From assembly GCA_963784455.1 (NCBI GenBank), contig CAWARN010000005.1:142005-206004 (forward strand): a stretch of 64,000 nt of DNA, written 5' to 3'. A program made the translations under genes and the position numbers. This document shows positions 1 to 10,251 of this stretch, piece after piece (position 1 is the first letter of the stretch; every line of letters starts with the position of its first letter). This stretch comes from an uncultured Acidobacteriota bacterium. Its GTDB lineage: Bacteria; Acidobacteriota; Vicinamibacteria; Vicinamibacterales; Fen-181. The notes below the pieces were generated by a model. That model was not told the origin of the DNA and did not search any database. It worked only from the letters and a program-made list of their open reading frames with translations.

Positions 1-3000
1 GCGGCCGAGCGCGAACCAGCTCTCCTGCGGCAGGTGCCCCTGCGCGATCGCGACGAACGTGCAGAAACGAGCCTCGGACGCGAGCAGGTCGTAGTAACTG
101 GAGTCGCGGCGGCGATCGGCGACGTTGTAGCCGATCGACAGAAGGCGACGGGTCGCGTCGAACAGAAACGCCCACTCCACGTCGGCCAGGTCGGTCGACT
201 GCGCCGCGAGGCGAGTGATCAGAGCGATCCTGGCGCGGGCCGGGCCGGCCCGCTCGTCGTCGAGCGCCGCCAACTCGCGGAGCGAGGGGATTGACGTGAG
301 CCCGGGCAGGTGCGCCTGCGGCCTCGCTGGAGCAGGCAGCGTCGTCCACGGCGCCAGGTGCACGAGATCGTCGATGACGTCTCGGCACTGTCCCGCCAGC
401 GCCGAGGCCCAGGTGCTCGCCTCTCGGTCGGGCGTTGTGGCGAGCGCTGCCGCCAGCGCCCCACTCTCCGCCGCGAGGCGCTCGAGCACCAGCCGGCCTT
501 CCACGACGGTGTGCGGGGGCGAGGCGCACGCCGCGCCGACCGTCTTCTGGAGCCGGGTCATGGTGGCCGTCGGCGCCCCCTGAATGCTGTCGGCGACGAG
601 GTCGAATGTGTCGCGAAGACCCTCGAGTACACGCGCCGGCAGGATCGGCTCGCCTGCGAGGGCGATGAGACCCTGGCGCAGCGTCAGCAGGTGGCCCGCC
701 AGGTTACCGCTGTCGACCGACGAGATATAGCGCGGCTCGAGCGGGGCGAGCGACTGCGTGTCGTACCAGTTGTAGAAATGGCCGCGATGACGCTCCATTT
801 CGAGCATCGCCTGGAACGCCCGCGCGGTGCGATCCAGGAACCGGCCGGCCGAGATATAGCCGAAGTCGCACGCCGAGAGATTGGCCAGCAGCGCCAGCCC
901 CATGTTCGTCGGTGACGTGCGATGCGCCACCCCTTTGGCGGGCGCCTCCTGGAAGTTGTCCGGCGGCAGCCAGTGATCGTCTGGACCGACATAGGTGTCG
1001 AAGAAGCCCCAGGTCCGGCGGGCGACGCCGCTCAGGAAGCGGAGCTGGCCGCCCGTCAGCCGCGCGGCACGCCGCGTCAACGGACGGCTGATCTGCCAGG
1101 TGACGATCGGCGCAGTGAACCAGAGCAGCAGGACCGGCGCGGCAACGACGAGACCCGCTGGCCGGACGAGCGACAGGGCGACAGCGGTAGCGACCGCTAT
1201 CGATGGGCCGATCCACATCCTCGCCCACGCGGCGGCCAGAGTCTGCCGGGCCAGGAGTCCGTGATCGGCCGATGGCGTCCACTCGAGGAGCCGCCGGCGG
1301 GTGACGAGCAGGCGCACCGCGGTGCGCACGACGGCGGCCAGGCTGAAGTACGCTTCGTACGGGAGACACGCAAGCGTCAGCAACGCTTGCGCCAGTTGGT
1401 GCCCAATCGCGCGTCCGCTCCCCTCGAGATGCCGGGCGAGTCCGACATCGGCCGGCTTTCGCACGAGTCCAGGCAGCCACGCCGTCAGGGACGGAACCAC
1501 CAGGCAGCCCACGCCAGCGAGCGTCCACATCCAGGCAGGCGACAGCGCCGCCCATGCGACCAGGAACAGGCCGAGCAGCGCCGCCGGTGTGAGGCTGCGC
1601 CGCAGGTTGTCGAACAGCTTCCATCGGGAGAGCAGGGGCAGCGGGTTTCTGCTGCCGCGTCCGTCGCGGCCGGGAGGGCCGGGAAGCACCCAACGCCACA
1701 GCTGCCAGTCGCCTCGGATCCAGCGGTAGCGCCGCCGCACGTCCTCCTCGTAGCGGGACGGGTATTCCTGGTACACCTGCACGTCGGTCAACAGCCCCGA
1801 CCGCGCGTAGCAGCCTTCGAGAAGATCGTGGCTGAGGATTCGGTTCTCCGGGAAGCGCTCGCCGACCGCCGTGTCGAAGGCGTCCACGTCGTAGATCCCC
1901 TTGCCGATGAAGGAGCCTTCGGCGAACAGGTCCTGGTAGACGTCCGACACGACGCGGGTATAGGGGTCGATGCCCGGCTCGCTGGCCCAGAGCCGTGCGT
2001 ACCACGACCGGTTTGCGGCCGGGAGACTGACCGCGACGCGGGGCTGGAGGATACCGTATCCCTCGGTCACACGCTGCTGCCCGTCGTGCCGGGCGCGGTT
2101 GAGCGGGTGTGTCATCGCGCCGACGAGCAGGCGGGCCGCGTCGCGCGGCAGCTGCGTGTCCGCATCCAGCGTGATGACGTACTTCACCTGATCCAGCTTG
2201 CTCGCGTCCCCGACGACGCGAGAGAACTGGCCGCTGGACCGACCGCGAAGCAACGCATTCAGGTCGTCCAGCTTGCCTCGCTTGCGTTCGTACCCCATCC
2301 AGACGCCTTCCTCGGGATTCCAGCGCCGCGGGCGGTGGAAGAGGAAGAACGCGCCTTGCGGGTACTTCCTGTTCAGGTCGGCGATCAGACGCTCGGCGAG
2401 ACGCTCGACGGCATCGTCCTCCGGGAGGTTCTCCTGGGCCGCATCCGCCAGGTCCGTCAGCAGACCGAACGCGACGTGTTCGTCCCGATTGCCGAGAAAC
2501 CGCACCTCCAGCGCCTCGACCAGACGCTCCACGTCCTCCGCGCTCGTAATCAGGGTCGGCACCACGACGAGCGTCCGGGAGGCGCGCGGGATGCCGCCCG
2601 ACAGGTCCATCTTCGGCAGGGCCTTGGGACGCGCCAGCCAGGGCACGACGACGTTCACGACGGCCACCGCCACCTGGCTCGCGCAGAGCAGCAGGAGGAC
2701 CCCGACGAGACCGAGGAGCCAGCCCGGCGGGCCTGTCGCTCGAACCTCGAGGGTTAGCGCCGCCGCGGGCAGCACGGTGAGGGCGGCGATGCTCCCGAGA
2801 TAGAACAGCAGCGGGTGTGTGAGGCATGCGCGCCTTGCGCCGTCCGCGACGGCGACGCGCACGTGCACGGCCTGTTCGACCTGCGGAAGTCCCTCCCCCA
2901 CGAGGTAGAAGCCGACGTGCGCCGCCCTGGCATCGGGACCCGCGGCTGCTGCGGCCTGCTCGGCCAGGCCGATCGCCAGATGCGCCACCTCGCCTTCCGT

Positions 3001-4083
3001 CCGCCCGCTTCGCCTGGCTGTGGTTTCCACGACGTGGCGATACTGGTCTCGCGTGGCGAAGTCCATCTGCGAGTAGACGCCAGCCGGGTCCTCCCGCAGG
3101 GCCTGGTCGACCACGCTCCTCGTTTCGACAAAATCGCGCCAGTCGGCGGCCCCGAGGAACCTCAGGCTGCTGATGCTATTGCTGATCGAGACCTGGTCGG
3201 CCGCCTGCTGCTGGTTCTCTGACTGCACCAGCTGCTCGATCGTCAGGCCGTCCTCCGACAACCGCTGTTCGATCCACGTCAGGGGCAAGGCCAGCGCCGG
3301 GCTCTTGCCCTGCAGGCGGCGGGCGAACTCCGCGACGAACGACCCGACCATCGGAGGGCCGGATCTCGCCATGTCCGCGATCACGAGAATGAGGCTCTTC
3401 GGGTCCTTCTCGGCGATCGCCATCATCTGGTCGGCCCAGTAGTCCGCACGGTTCCGATCCACGCGGTCTGCGCCGACCCGCGCCGCCACGCGGCGGAGGT
3501 TCTCCAGCAGCGCGAGCCGCAGCATGATCGGAATGGCCCACAGCTCGCCGATGCCGAGCGGGGTCACGGTCTGGTAGGCGGAGACGAAGCCGCCGAGGCC
3601 GTCGACGTCCAGCCGGCCGTCGCCGTGCGAAATCGTCTCGAGGGCGATGTCGTAGACGCGAGGCAATCCGGCCGACGGCCCGTCAGCCAGGCACGGCAGT
3701 TCACGGCTGTAGCCCGCCGGGAGGTGCCGCCGGGCGGTCCGGATCTGTTCCTCGACCAGGTAGAAGTTGTCGAGCAGCCACTCTCCCGCCGGCGTGATCC
3801 GGCGGTCTGCGTTCACGGCCTGCGTCAACAGGACCCGCACGGCAACCAGCAGGACCTCGTTCTCCGCCAGCCGGGTCAGCAGCCGGTTGGGTGCGCGCCT
3901 CGTGCTCAGCCTGTGCCGTCCAGCCAGGACCGTCCCGTGCTGCGCCATCTGCTCGCGGCTGAAGAGCTCTGCGCGCAGCGGCGGCTGCTCACCGGCAAAG
4001 GCCGCCGAGAGGTCGCGCCGGCGGCTGACGGCCTCGCGCAGCGAGTGTAATGGAGCACGAACGGCCTTCCGGGAGAGTCCCAC
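1..4083 (-). CDS. Cyclic beta-1,2-glucan synthase-like protein (NdvB/ChvB family: glycosyltransferase plus GH94-type glucan phosphorylase-like region); N-terminal ~1360 codons, C-terminus beyond the left edge
   Basis: Own translation of a minus frame absent from the ORF track because it has no stop in the window. It reads LFSREQMAQHG, KLDQVKYVITLDADTQLPRDAARLLVGAMTHPLNR, HWLPPDNFQEAPAKGVAHRTSPTNMGLALLANL and HFYNWYDTQSL. The frame is open from the GTG at 4083 to position 1. Listed ORFs 704..2827(-) and 922..2757(+) are Arg-rich shadow frames. Confidence 0.8.
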   Translation of the reverse strand, partial: MGLSRKAVRAPLHSLREAVSRRRDLSAAFAGEQPPLRAELFSREQMAQHGTVLAGRHRLSTRRAPNRLLTRLAENEVLLVAVRVLLTQAVNADRRITPAGEWLLDNFYLVEEQIRTARRHLPAGYSRELPCLADGPSAGLPRVYDIALETISHGDGRLDVDGLGGFVSAYQTVTPLGIGELWAIPIMLRLALLENLRRVAARVGADRVDRNRADYWADQMMAIAEKDPKSLILVIADMARSGPPMVGSFVAEFARRLQGKSPALALPLTWIEQRLSEDGLTIEQLVQSENQQQAADQVSISNSISSLRFLGAADWRDFVETRSVVDQALREDPAGVYSQMDFATRDQYRHVVETTARRSGRTEGEVAHLAIGLAEQAAAAAGPDARAAHVGFYLVGEGLPQVEQAVHVRVAVADGARRACLTHPLLFYLGSIAALTVLPAAALTLEVRATGPPGWLLGLVGVLLLLCASQVAVAVVNVVVPWLARPKALPKMDLSGGIPRASRTLVVVPTLITSAEDVERLVEALEVRFLGNRDEHVAFGLLTDLADAAQENLPEDDAVERLAERLIADLNRKYPQGAFFLFHRPRRWNPEEGVWMGYERKRGKLDDLNALLRGRSSGQFSRVVGDASKLDQVKYVITLDADTQLPRDAARLLVGAMTHPLNRARHDGQQRVTEGYGILQPRVAVSLPAANRSWYARLWASEPGIDPYTRVVSDVYQDLFAEGSFIGKGIYDVDAFDTAVGERFPENRILSHDLLEGCYARSGLLTDVQVYQEYPSRYEEDVRRRYRWIRGDWQLWRWVLPGPPGRDGRGSRNPLPLLSRWKLFDNLRRSLTPAALLGLFLVAWAALSPAWMWTLAGVGCLVVPSLTAWLPGLVRKPADVGLARHLEGSGRAIGHQLAQALLTLACLPYEAYFSLAAVVRTAVRLLVTRRRLLEWTPSADHGLLARQTLAAAWARMWIGPSIAVATAVALSLVRPAGLVVAAPVLLLWFTAPIVTWQISRPLTRRAARLTGGQLRFLSGVARRTWGFFDTYVGPDDHWLPPDNFQEAPAKGVAHRTSPTNMGLALLANLSACDFGYISAGRFLDRTARAFQAMLEMERHRGHFYNWYDTQSLAPLEPRYISSVDSGNLAGHLLTLRQGLIALAGEPILPARVLEGLRDTFDLVADSIQGAPTATMTRLQKTVGAACASPPHTVVEGRLVLERLAAESGALAAALATTPDREASTWASALAGQCRDVIDDLVHLAPWTTLPAPARPQAHLPGLTSIPSLRELAALDDERAGPARARIALITRLAAQSTDLADVEWAFLFDATRRLLSIGYNVADRRRDSSYYDLLASEARFCTFVAIAQGHLPQESWFALGR

Positions 4084-4185
4084 GCGACAGACGTCCTTTC
4101 CTGCATGATCGTGCGCGCTGAGGGCACGGCCCCCTTCATCTTAGGAAGCCGGCAGGACCAGGACTGTTCACTTCTGCACATCTTC

Positions 4186-4527
4186 TCAGCTGATCTTCGT
4201 CTTGGCGTCGGTGGCGTAGTGCTGCACGCTGCGCGCGCCCGCTTCGACCTCCTGCGCCGCACGAACCACCGTGTCGCAGGCCTCGTCACGCAGCCCCTGT
4301 CCCTTGCGGGAGAGCCCGTCGGCCGTCTCCGTCACGCGGCGTCGGGCGCCCCGATAACGGTCCGAAAGCGAGTCGCCGAAATCCCTTGCCGAGTCGATCG
4401 CCCGCGCCTTGATCTCCGCCGCTGCCCGCGGAGCCAGCCACATCGCCAGACCCGCGCCGGCGAGTCCGCCCACGGCGAGTCCAATCAGAAACCGATAGTC
4501 GCGACCCTGTGTCTCTTGTCCGTTCAT
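4186..4527 (-). CDS. YtxH domain-containing (general stress-type) small protein with N-terminal TM helix
   Basis: ORF 113 aa: FLIGLAVGGLAGAGLAMWLAP followed by a charged helical region typical of YtxH. AAGGAG lies 9 nt upstream of the ATG. Confidence 0.8.
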   Translation of the reverse strand: MNGQETQGRDYRFLIGLAVGGLAGAGLAMWLAPRAAAEIKARAIDSARDFGDSLSDRYRGARRRVTETADGLSRKGQGLRDEACDTVVRAAQEVEAGARSVQHYATDAKTKIS

Positions 4528-4735
4528 ACCTGGTTCTCCTTTTCGCCCGCGCGACTTCGGCGGGGCCGAACGCGCGTGACGCCCTCCGTGTCATCTACGG
4601 CCACCACGAGCAGTGTGGCGCACGCGCGCCGGTAGCGCTGTCCCACACTGCACAGAGCGCGCGTATTCAGAGGGCTTCCGCGATGATCAACGGGGTCTGG
4701 CGGGCGGAGAAGGCGACGTGGGGGCAGAGAACGGA

Positions 4736-4772
4736 GGCTGCACGTCGGGGACCCGTTCGGAATCGTGCAGCC
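4736..4772 (-). terminator. Possible stem-loop terminator (9-bp perfect stem GGCTGCACG/CGTGCAGCC, 19-nt loop) downstream of the 52-codon ORF
   Basis: Perfect inverted repeat read directly from the sequence. It is followed on the minus strand by a pyrimidine-rich stretch but no clean U tract, so this is weak. Confidence 0.25.
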
Positions 4773-4786
4773 TCAGTTGTATCCGG

Positions 4787-4945
4787 CTACTTGGGCAGGC
4801 CGTGCTTTGGCGGAATGAGCTCCGGGTGGTTCGGGCGATGCGCTTTCGACATGCGGGGCTTCGCCGCGACGGGCTTCATCCTGGCCAGCAGCTCGACAGG
4901 TATCTCAATCGGCGGCGGCTTCGCGTGCCGGTCCTGACGGTTCAT
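4787..4945 (-). CDS. Possible small basic protein (52 aa), hypothetical
   Basis: Below the ORF-track size cut-off. MNRQDRHAKPPPIEIPVELLARMKPVAAKPRMSKAHRPNHPELIPPKHGLPK. GGGGAGAG lies just upstream of the ATG and GC3 is high. No family recognised. Confidence 0.3.
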   Translation of the reverse strand: MNRQDRHAKPPPIEIPVELLARMKPVAAKPRMSKAHRPNHPELIPPKHGLPK

Positions 4946-5041
4946 ACTCTCCCCTTCGAACACAGGCGCCCGACGTTGGACGCCACCGAGACAATAGCCT
5001 GCTCAATGCGACGTTGCTGTTCAAGACTGCACATCGGGCGA

Positions 5042-5695
5042 TCAGTCGTGCAGCACGACGCTCAGGAGCGAGTTGTTGACCGTCAACCCCCCGTCGACGC
5101 CGATGAACCCGAGCTTCTTGAACCGATTCATGAAGTAGTTCACGCGCGATCGGGTGGTGCCCACCATCTCCGCGAGCGTCTCCTGAGAGATCTTCGGGAT
5201 CATTCGTTGCGGCACGGTGTCCCCTCCGTAGTGGGCGAGCAGCAGGAGCGTGCGGGCGAGCCTCTTCTCGGCGGAGTTGAACAGCTGATCGATGAGGTCC
5301 TCTTCCGTGCGGATGTTCCTGGTCAGGAGGTGGGCGATGAAGCCATCCGAGAGAGCGTGCTCCTCGTGCAGCAGCCGGCGCATGTCGGCCGTTCCGATTG
5401 CGACAATGGTCGTAGCCGTGTGCGCCGTCGCATTGCCGAGGCGGACCGGTTGGCCGGCCAGGGCCCCCTCACCGAAGAAGCTCCCCTCGTCGAGGATCGC
5501 GACGATCGCCTCCTTGCCCATCTTCGAGATCACCGACAGCTTCACCTCGCCGGACCTGACGAATAGCACGGTGTCGCAGGCGCTGCCCTGAGAGTAGATC
5601 GGTTCGTCCCTCGCGTACGCCACAACCGTCTTCGGGACGGCGGTCGCCACGAACAATGCCTCCGGGTCGAACGGGCGTGGAGTCTTCGTACCCAT
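5042..5695 (-). CDS. Crp/Fnr family transcriptional regulator
   Basis: C-terminal 218 aa of ORF 5042..6106. cNMP-binding fold (IYSQGSACDTVLFVRSGEVKLSV...FFGEGAL) plus HTH (ISQETLAEMVGTTRSRVNYFMNRFKKLGFI). The upstream part of the ORF is Arg-rich non-coding-like, so the start is placed at the internal ATG 5695. Confidence 0.85.
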   Translation of the reverse strand: MGTKTPRPFDPEALFVATAVPKTVVAYARDEPIYSQGSACDTVLFVRSGEVKLSVISKMGKEAIVAILDEGSFFGEGALAGQPVRLGNATAHTATTIVAIGTADMRRLLHEEHALSDGFIAHLLTRNIRTEEDLIDQLFNSAEKRLARTLLLLAHYGGDTVPQRMIPKISQETLAEMVGTTRSRVNYFMNRFKKLGFIGVDGGLTVNNSLLSVVLHD

Positions 5696-5751
5696 GCCCC
5701 ATGATGGCGGGTCGTCGTCCGCGACGCTGTTCAAAACGGAACACCGTCCCC

Positions 5752-6051
5752 CTACAGCTGCCAGAGTGCTCGCCCGGTCGCGACGACCAGCCGGATGCAG
5801 AGCGCGATGGGAATACCTACGGCGAGAATGACAAGGGGAAACGCGTAGGCGACGATGAGCACCTCGCCGAAGCCGCCCAGCACCCAGAGCACCCGGCCGA
5901 GGCCGTGGCGAAGGCCGCGGCCGCGGAACGGCGAACCGGCGACCGCCGGCAGAGCGAGCCGGATCCCCGGCAGGGTCGCAGGCGCGTGCACGACGACGGC
6001 AGCCGCAGAAGTGGCGCGTGGCATAACGGTACCTTTCACTGTACCGTCCAC
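5752..6051 (-). CDS. Hypothetical small membrane protein upstream of crp/fnr
   Basis: ORF 99 aa. The C-terminal half is strongly hydrophobic (VLWVLGGFGEVLIVAYAFPLVILAVGIPIALCIRLVV). The start is uncertain. Confidence 0.35.
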   Translation of the reverse strand: MDGTVKGTVMPRATSAAAVVVHAPATLPGIRLALPAVAGSPFRGRGLRHGLGRVLWVLGGFGEVLIVAYAFPLVILAVGIPIALCIRLVVATGRALWQL

Positions 6052-6166
6052 GCCAAGACGTGTCTGTGCCCGATTGCACAGGCCGGCGGGGCAACCGCTG
6101 TGTCATTGTGGACAGACGACGAGGCCTGCGGCTGTCATGATCGGATGACCTCGAGGAGGGGATGCC

Positions 6167-6340
6167 ATGTCATTCAGTTTGTACTCGATCGGGTTCGCGA
6201 TCGTGATCGGCGGCCTGACCTACGCCGCTTATCTGCTGCACATACCCACCAGGTGGATTGTGGTGGGCGTCAGCGTCCTTCTGGGAATCGGGATTCTGTC
6301 GGCCGTGAAGGCGACGCGTCAGAAGGACCCGGCTCGGTGA
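6167..6340 (+). CDS. Small two-TM membrane protein (57 aa), hypothetical
   Basis: Not in the ORF track (<60 aa). MSFSLYSIGFAIVIGGLTYAAYLLHIPTRWIVVGVSVLLGIGILSAVKATRQKDPAR. GAGGAGGGG is upstream of the ATG. Its TGA overlaps the GTG of the next gene (GTGA). Confidence 0.5.
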   Translation: MSFSLYSIGFAIVIGGLTYAAYLLHIPTRWIVVGVSVLLGIGILSAVKATRQKDPAR

Positions 6341-6904
6341 GCGCCACGGGACGTCTCCTCGCGGCATTCGCCGTGTCCTCGCTGGTCGCTGTCGGCGGCG
6401 TCGGGCGCCGGGGTCGCGGGCCCCGGTGCGGGGCGGCAGGCGATGGCCTGACCCGCGCACAGGCCGATGAAGCGGTTCGCGCCCACAACGCGTGGCGTGG
6501 ACGTGCCGGCGTGCCGCCGCTCCGGTGGGCCGAGGATCTTCGCGGTACGGGCTCAGACCCGCGCCGCGTATCTTGCCGGCCACGGATGCGACATCGTGCA
6601 CGGACCGCGGCCTGCTGATATCGGCGAGAACCTGTGCTGGGTGGGATCCGTACGCGCCGTCGGGCACAAGGACGAGTTGGACGCCGTCACGCCCGCCTGG
6701 GTCATCGACAAGTGGGGCGCGGAGTCCGCCGACTACTCCATCGAGCAGGGCACGTGCGCCCCGAATCGTCAGTGCGGTCACTATACCCAGGTCGTGTGGG
6801 CGACCAGCGCGGAAGTCGGCTGCGGCACGGCCGTGTGTCCGACGCTCGACCAGGTCTGGGTCTGCAACTACCGCCCGAGGGGCAATGTCCGGGGCGTGCG
6901 ATAG
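6337..6904 (+). pseudogene. CAP/SCP/PR-1 domain protein, one frame break as sequenced
   Basis: N-part in the frame of ORF 5656..6618 (LTRAQADEAVRAHNAWRGRAGVPPLRWAEDL). C-part in ORF 6467..6904 (AQTRAAYLAGHGCDIVH...GENLCW...CGHYTQVVWATSAEVGCGTAVC...WVCNYRPRGN). One extra base near 6541..6548 (cgcGGTACgg). 568 nt minus 1 = 189 codons. Confidence 0.75.
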
Positions 6905-9121
6905 CCGGGCCGCTCGCTACCCGGGGACATCGCGCCGGGAACGGGATCGGGCGGCTCCGCCGCCGCGGCCTGCGTTGCCAGGTACTGGTCAATCCCGTCC
7001 TCGATCTCGCGGGGGAAGCGCGGCGCCCGCCCGACGAGTTGGTCCTTGTAGACGCGGATCATAATGTCGCGGAAGATCGGCAGCGCAGCGCGCCCGCCCG
7101 TTTCGTTCGACCCCAGTGGACGATTGTCATCGAAGCCGATTCGGACCGCTACGGTGATCCCTTGTGTGCCGTAGGTGGACCCCACGAAGAGCGCATCGCG
7201 GAAATCGCTGGTCGTCCCGGTCTTGCCCATCACCGGCACGGGAAAGCCCCCGCCATCCAGGCTGTGGGCGGTGCCGTCGGGGAGACGGACCACGCCCCGG
7301 AGTCCTTCCTGGATCGCGCGCAGCGCGGCGGTACGGACCTCCCGCACGTTTCGCGGAGCCTCGTAGAGCCCTTCGCCTGTCGCACCGGTCACTCGATCGA
7401 CGACGTGCGGTTCCGCGAGCACGCCGGACGCGATGGCGCGATACGCGTCCGCCAACTCCAGAAGCCGAACCTCCGACGCCCCGAGCGCCGTGGACAGGTA
7501 GGGTTGCAGCGGCGACCGGATCCCCATCTCGTGCGCGGTTCGGATCACCGTGTCCACGCCGATTTCGCGCGTGATCCACACGGCCACCGCGTTGCGCGAT
7601 TCGGCCAGAGCCTGCCGCACAGGGATCGGCCCCTTGAACTGATGGTCGTAGTTCACGATCTGCTTGGTGCCTTCGCCCGCGCCGAGCGGGACCTCGATGG
7701 GCTCGTCCGGCACCGTCGTGTCGAGGTCGAGGCCGGATTCGAACGCGGCCAGGTACACCAGCGGTTTCATCGCAGAGCCTGGCTGGCGCAGTGAGCCGGT
7801 CACGCGGTTGTAGTCCGAATACCGCGTATCACGGTCTTTGTAGACCTGGCGCCCGCCGGTCTCGGCCAGGATCGCCGCGTCGCCATTGCGGAGCACGACA
7901 ACCGAGCCCTGAATGGCCCCTTTGGCCTTGGGGTGCCGCTTCTGGTACTGGGCCAGCCCGTGCTCGAGGGCGTCGTTCACGATCGTCTGCACCCGCGCGT
8001 CGACCGTCGAACGGACGACGATCCGACCCTGGAACAGGTCCTCGACTCCGAAGCGACCCTTGCCGTTCCGGGCGAGTTCGTCGAGGACGTGCTCGATCGC
8101 CGCCGGCGCGTCGGTCTTGTTCGGGTTGAGGGCCGCGACTCGAACCGGTTCACGCCGGCACCGCTCGGCCAGGGTCTGCAGGGATGTACCCGTTGCGCGC
8201 CATCAGGGCCAGTATCTGATTGCGGCGGGCGAGCGCCCGCCGATTCCCGGGCGCCGGGGCATACCCCTGCGGCGATTTGCTGATGGCCGCCAGCGAGGCG
8301 GCGTTCCCCGCATCGTCGGTGGTGTAGCTCGACAACGGTCTGTCGAAATCAGTACTCGGACGCCGCGGCATAGCCGTACCGGCCGTTGCCGAGATAGATG
8401 AAGCTGGCGTAGCGGGCGAAGATCTCGCGCTTGGCACTCTCCCGCGATCCATACCGTCGGCGCATCTCCTTCTCGAGCCAGATCGTCAGGCGGATCTCCT
8501 CCGCCTTCCGGAGGAGCTTGTTCGCGGCGGACGCCCCGAGGAGGGCAGACAGGAGCCGGGGCGGACCCATTCCGGCGTGGAAGACTGAGTCTCCATCGAC
8601 GCGACTCATCATGCCTTGGAGGAAGTAGCCGCGCACCAACTGCTGGGTGAGCGTCGATCCCCCCTGCGGCAGGAGCAGTCGGAACCCGTGGCCGCCCTTC
8701 CACCATTCGCTGACCGAGCGCGCCGTCGTCTTCTGGACCACCCGCGGCAGCGCCCGGTAGTCCACGCCGGAGTGACTGAAGAAGCGCTTGTCCTCGGCCG
8801 CCAGGATGGCCTGGCGCAGGATGGGGGGCACTTCGTCGTAGGTCACGACGCGGCGGTATGGCGCGCCAGTTGGATGAGGACCGCGCCGTGTGCGTCGCGG
8901 ACGACGCCGGTCGTGGGAGGCTCGAAGCGGATGAACGACTCGAGATTGGGCAGGCCGGACCAATCGAGGTCCACGTGGTGGACCAGCCAGACCGACGGGA
9001 TGAGAAGCAGCGCCGCGGGAACGAGTGCGACGGCGAGGAGCGCGATGCGGCGCCGGCGCGTGGCGGCCAACCGGGCGGCCGCACGCCGGACGACGCGCAG
9101 CTGGGCGAGGAGTGCGCGCAT
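6868..9121 (-). pseudogene. Class A penicillin-binding protein (PBP1A family: transglycosylase + transpeptidase), three frame breaks as sequenced
   Basis: Four pieces. TM anchor RRRRIALLAVALVPAALLLIPSVWLV (tail of 8843..9442). Transglycosylase ILAAEDKRFFSHSGVD...GGSTLTQQLVR (8349..9245). Linker FDRPLSS...SKSPQGY...RRNQILALMARNGYI (8150..8452). Transpeptidase SAMKP / SRNAVAV / KTGTT (6868..7992). Breaks near 8858 (-1), 8350 (+1) and 8180 (+1). 2254 nt -2 +1 = 751 codons. Confidence 0.9.
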
Positions 9122-9466
9122 GGCCGGCGGCGGCGTGATCTGGCGCCCTTGGGCAGGTAACAGGTTGTCGCGGCTGTCTCGAGCGGCAGCGCAGGCGTCG
9201 TCTTCGGGCCGGCCTTCGTGCCGGCCGCCCGGATAGGGCGTCCATGGACGTGTCGTGAGGTGGTCATAGATGACCTGACGGCACGCAGCGCGCTTGCCCT
9301 GAACCCACACGCCCCAGCATGACGAGAGCCGAGGATCGGCGTCTGTCCACTCTTGAACACGCTCACCACGTAGCCCCGAGTGACGGCTGTGCGTTTCTGA
9401 ACAGACGCCCGGCCAGCGGCCTGTCAAGGTGGGAGCGTTCACTCGTCAGCGAAAGGACGATTCGCC

Positions 9467-9742
9467 ATGACCATCACATTGCCGGGACTACTGCTCCTCA
9501 TCGTGATCGCGGCCGTCTGCGGCGCCATCGGGAAGGCGATCGCGGGCGGGGTCCGCGGCGGGCTCATCGTATCGACCGCTCTCGGGTTCATCGGCGCCGC
9601 GATCGGGCCGTGGGTCGCAGGCAAGCTCAGCCTGTCCGAGCCGCTCATGGTTCAGATCGGAGGGCGCCCATTCCCGGTGTTGTGGTCGATCATCGGCGCG
9701 GCGATCTTCGTGGCGATCATCCACCTGGTGTCGAGACGGTAG
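9467..9742 (+). CDS. GlsB/YeaQ/YmgE family stress-response membrane protein (transglycosylase-associated)
   Basis: ORF 91 aa with three Gly-rich TM helices (GLLLLIVIAAVCGAIGKAIAGG..GFIGAAIGPWVAG..WSIIGAAIFVAIIHLV). Confidence 0.85.
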   Translation: MTITLPGLLLLIVIAAVCGAIGKAIAGGVRGGLIVSTALGFIGAAIGPWVAGKLSLSEPLMVQIGGRPFPVLWSIIGAAIFVAIIHLVSRR

Positions 9743-9804
9743 GCGATCGCCTGCGCTCGGGACCGATGTGGGGAGGACGTAACTCGGGCGGACGGGAGGT
9801 TGGT

Positions 9805-10014
9805 ATGCGGCTGATCGGAATCGTGGTGCTCGCCGTCGGGATCCTCGCTCTCGCGTACGGCGGGTTCAGCTATACCCGAGAGACCCACGACGTCAAGCTG
9901 GGCCCCGTGGAGTTTTCGGTCAAGGAAAAGGAACGCGTCAACGTCCCGCTCTGGGCTGGAGTCGTGATGGCGGTCGCGGGCGCCGGGCTCCTGGTCGTCG
10001 GGACGAAGAAGTAG
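9805..10014 (+). CDS. Small two-TM membrane protein (69 aa), hypothetical
   Basis: Internal ATG of ORF 9319..10014, preceded by GGGAGG. MRLIGIVVLAVGILALAYGGFSYTRETHDVKLGPVEFSVKEKERVNVPLWAGVVMAVAGAGLLVVGTKK. Confidence 0.55.
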   Translation: MRLIGIVVLAVGILALAYGGFSYTRETHDVKLGPVEFSVKEKERVNVPLWAGVVMAVAGAGLLVVGTKK

Positions 10015-10044
10015 CGGGGTTGACGAGCAGGAGCCGCATGGCAC

Positions 10045-10251
10045 TCAGTGCCTCTGACCCTCCAGCCGACCTTCGAGTTGTTCGATGGTGGTTGCGGCGT
10101 CCCGAAGCAGCGTCTTCGTGGCGGAAAAGGCCACCATCCGGTCTGCGGCGTTGCGAAGCCGGCTCACGAGGTCCCGCACTCCGGGCGGCGCGGCCTCGCG
10201 AGGCGGATTCCCAGCCGCGGTGACTCCGCCGAGCGGCCGGAGCCCAATCAT
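10045..10251 (-). CDS. Hypothetical 68-aa helical protein, third gene of a coupled tricistron
   Basis: Internal ATG of ORF 10045..10539. It overlaps the upstream stop as ATGA. MIGLRPLGG...VRDLVSRLRNAADRMVAFSATKTLLRDAATTIEQLEGRLEGQRH. High GC3. Confidence 0.4.
   Translation of the reverse strand: MIGLRPLGGVTAAGNPPREAAPPGVRDLVSRLRNAADRMVAFSATKTLLRDAATTIEQLEGRLEGQRH

Noticed and set aside
704-2827. Long listed ORFs 704..2827(-) and 922..2757(+), 600-700 aa.
   Set aside because: Both are extremely Arg/Pro/Gly-rich with no recognisable motifs. The third minus frame encodes an uninterrupted, motif-rich NdvB-like protein. They are shadow ORFs typical of high-GC DNA.
4611-4650. Inverted repeat CAGTGTGG-N22-CCACACTG upstream of the ytxH region, considered as a CRP/FNR operator for the adjacent regulator.
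   Set aside because: The half-site spacing is far from the N4/N6 spacing of FNR/CRP sites. It has no supporting promoter context.
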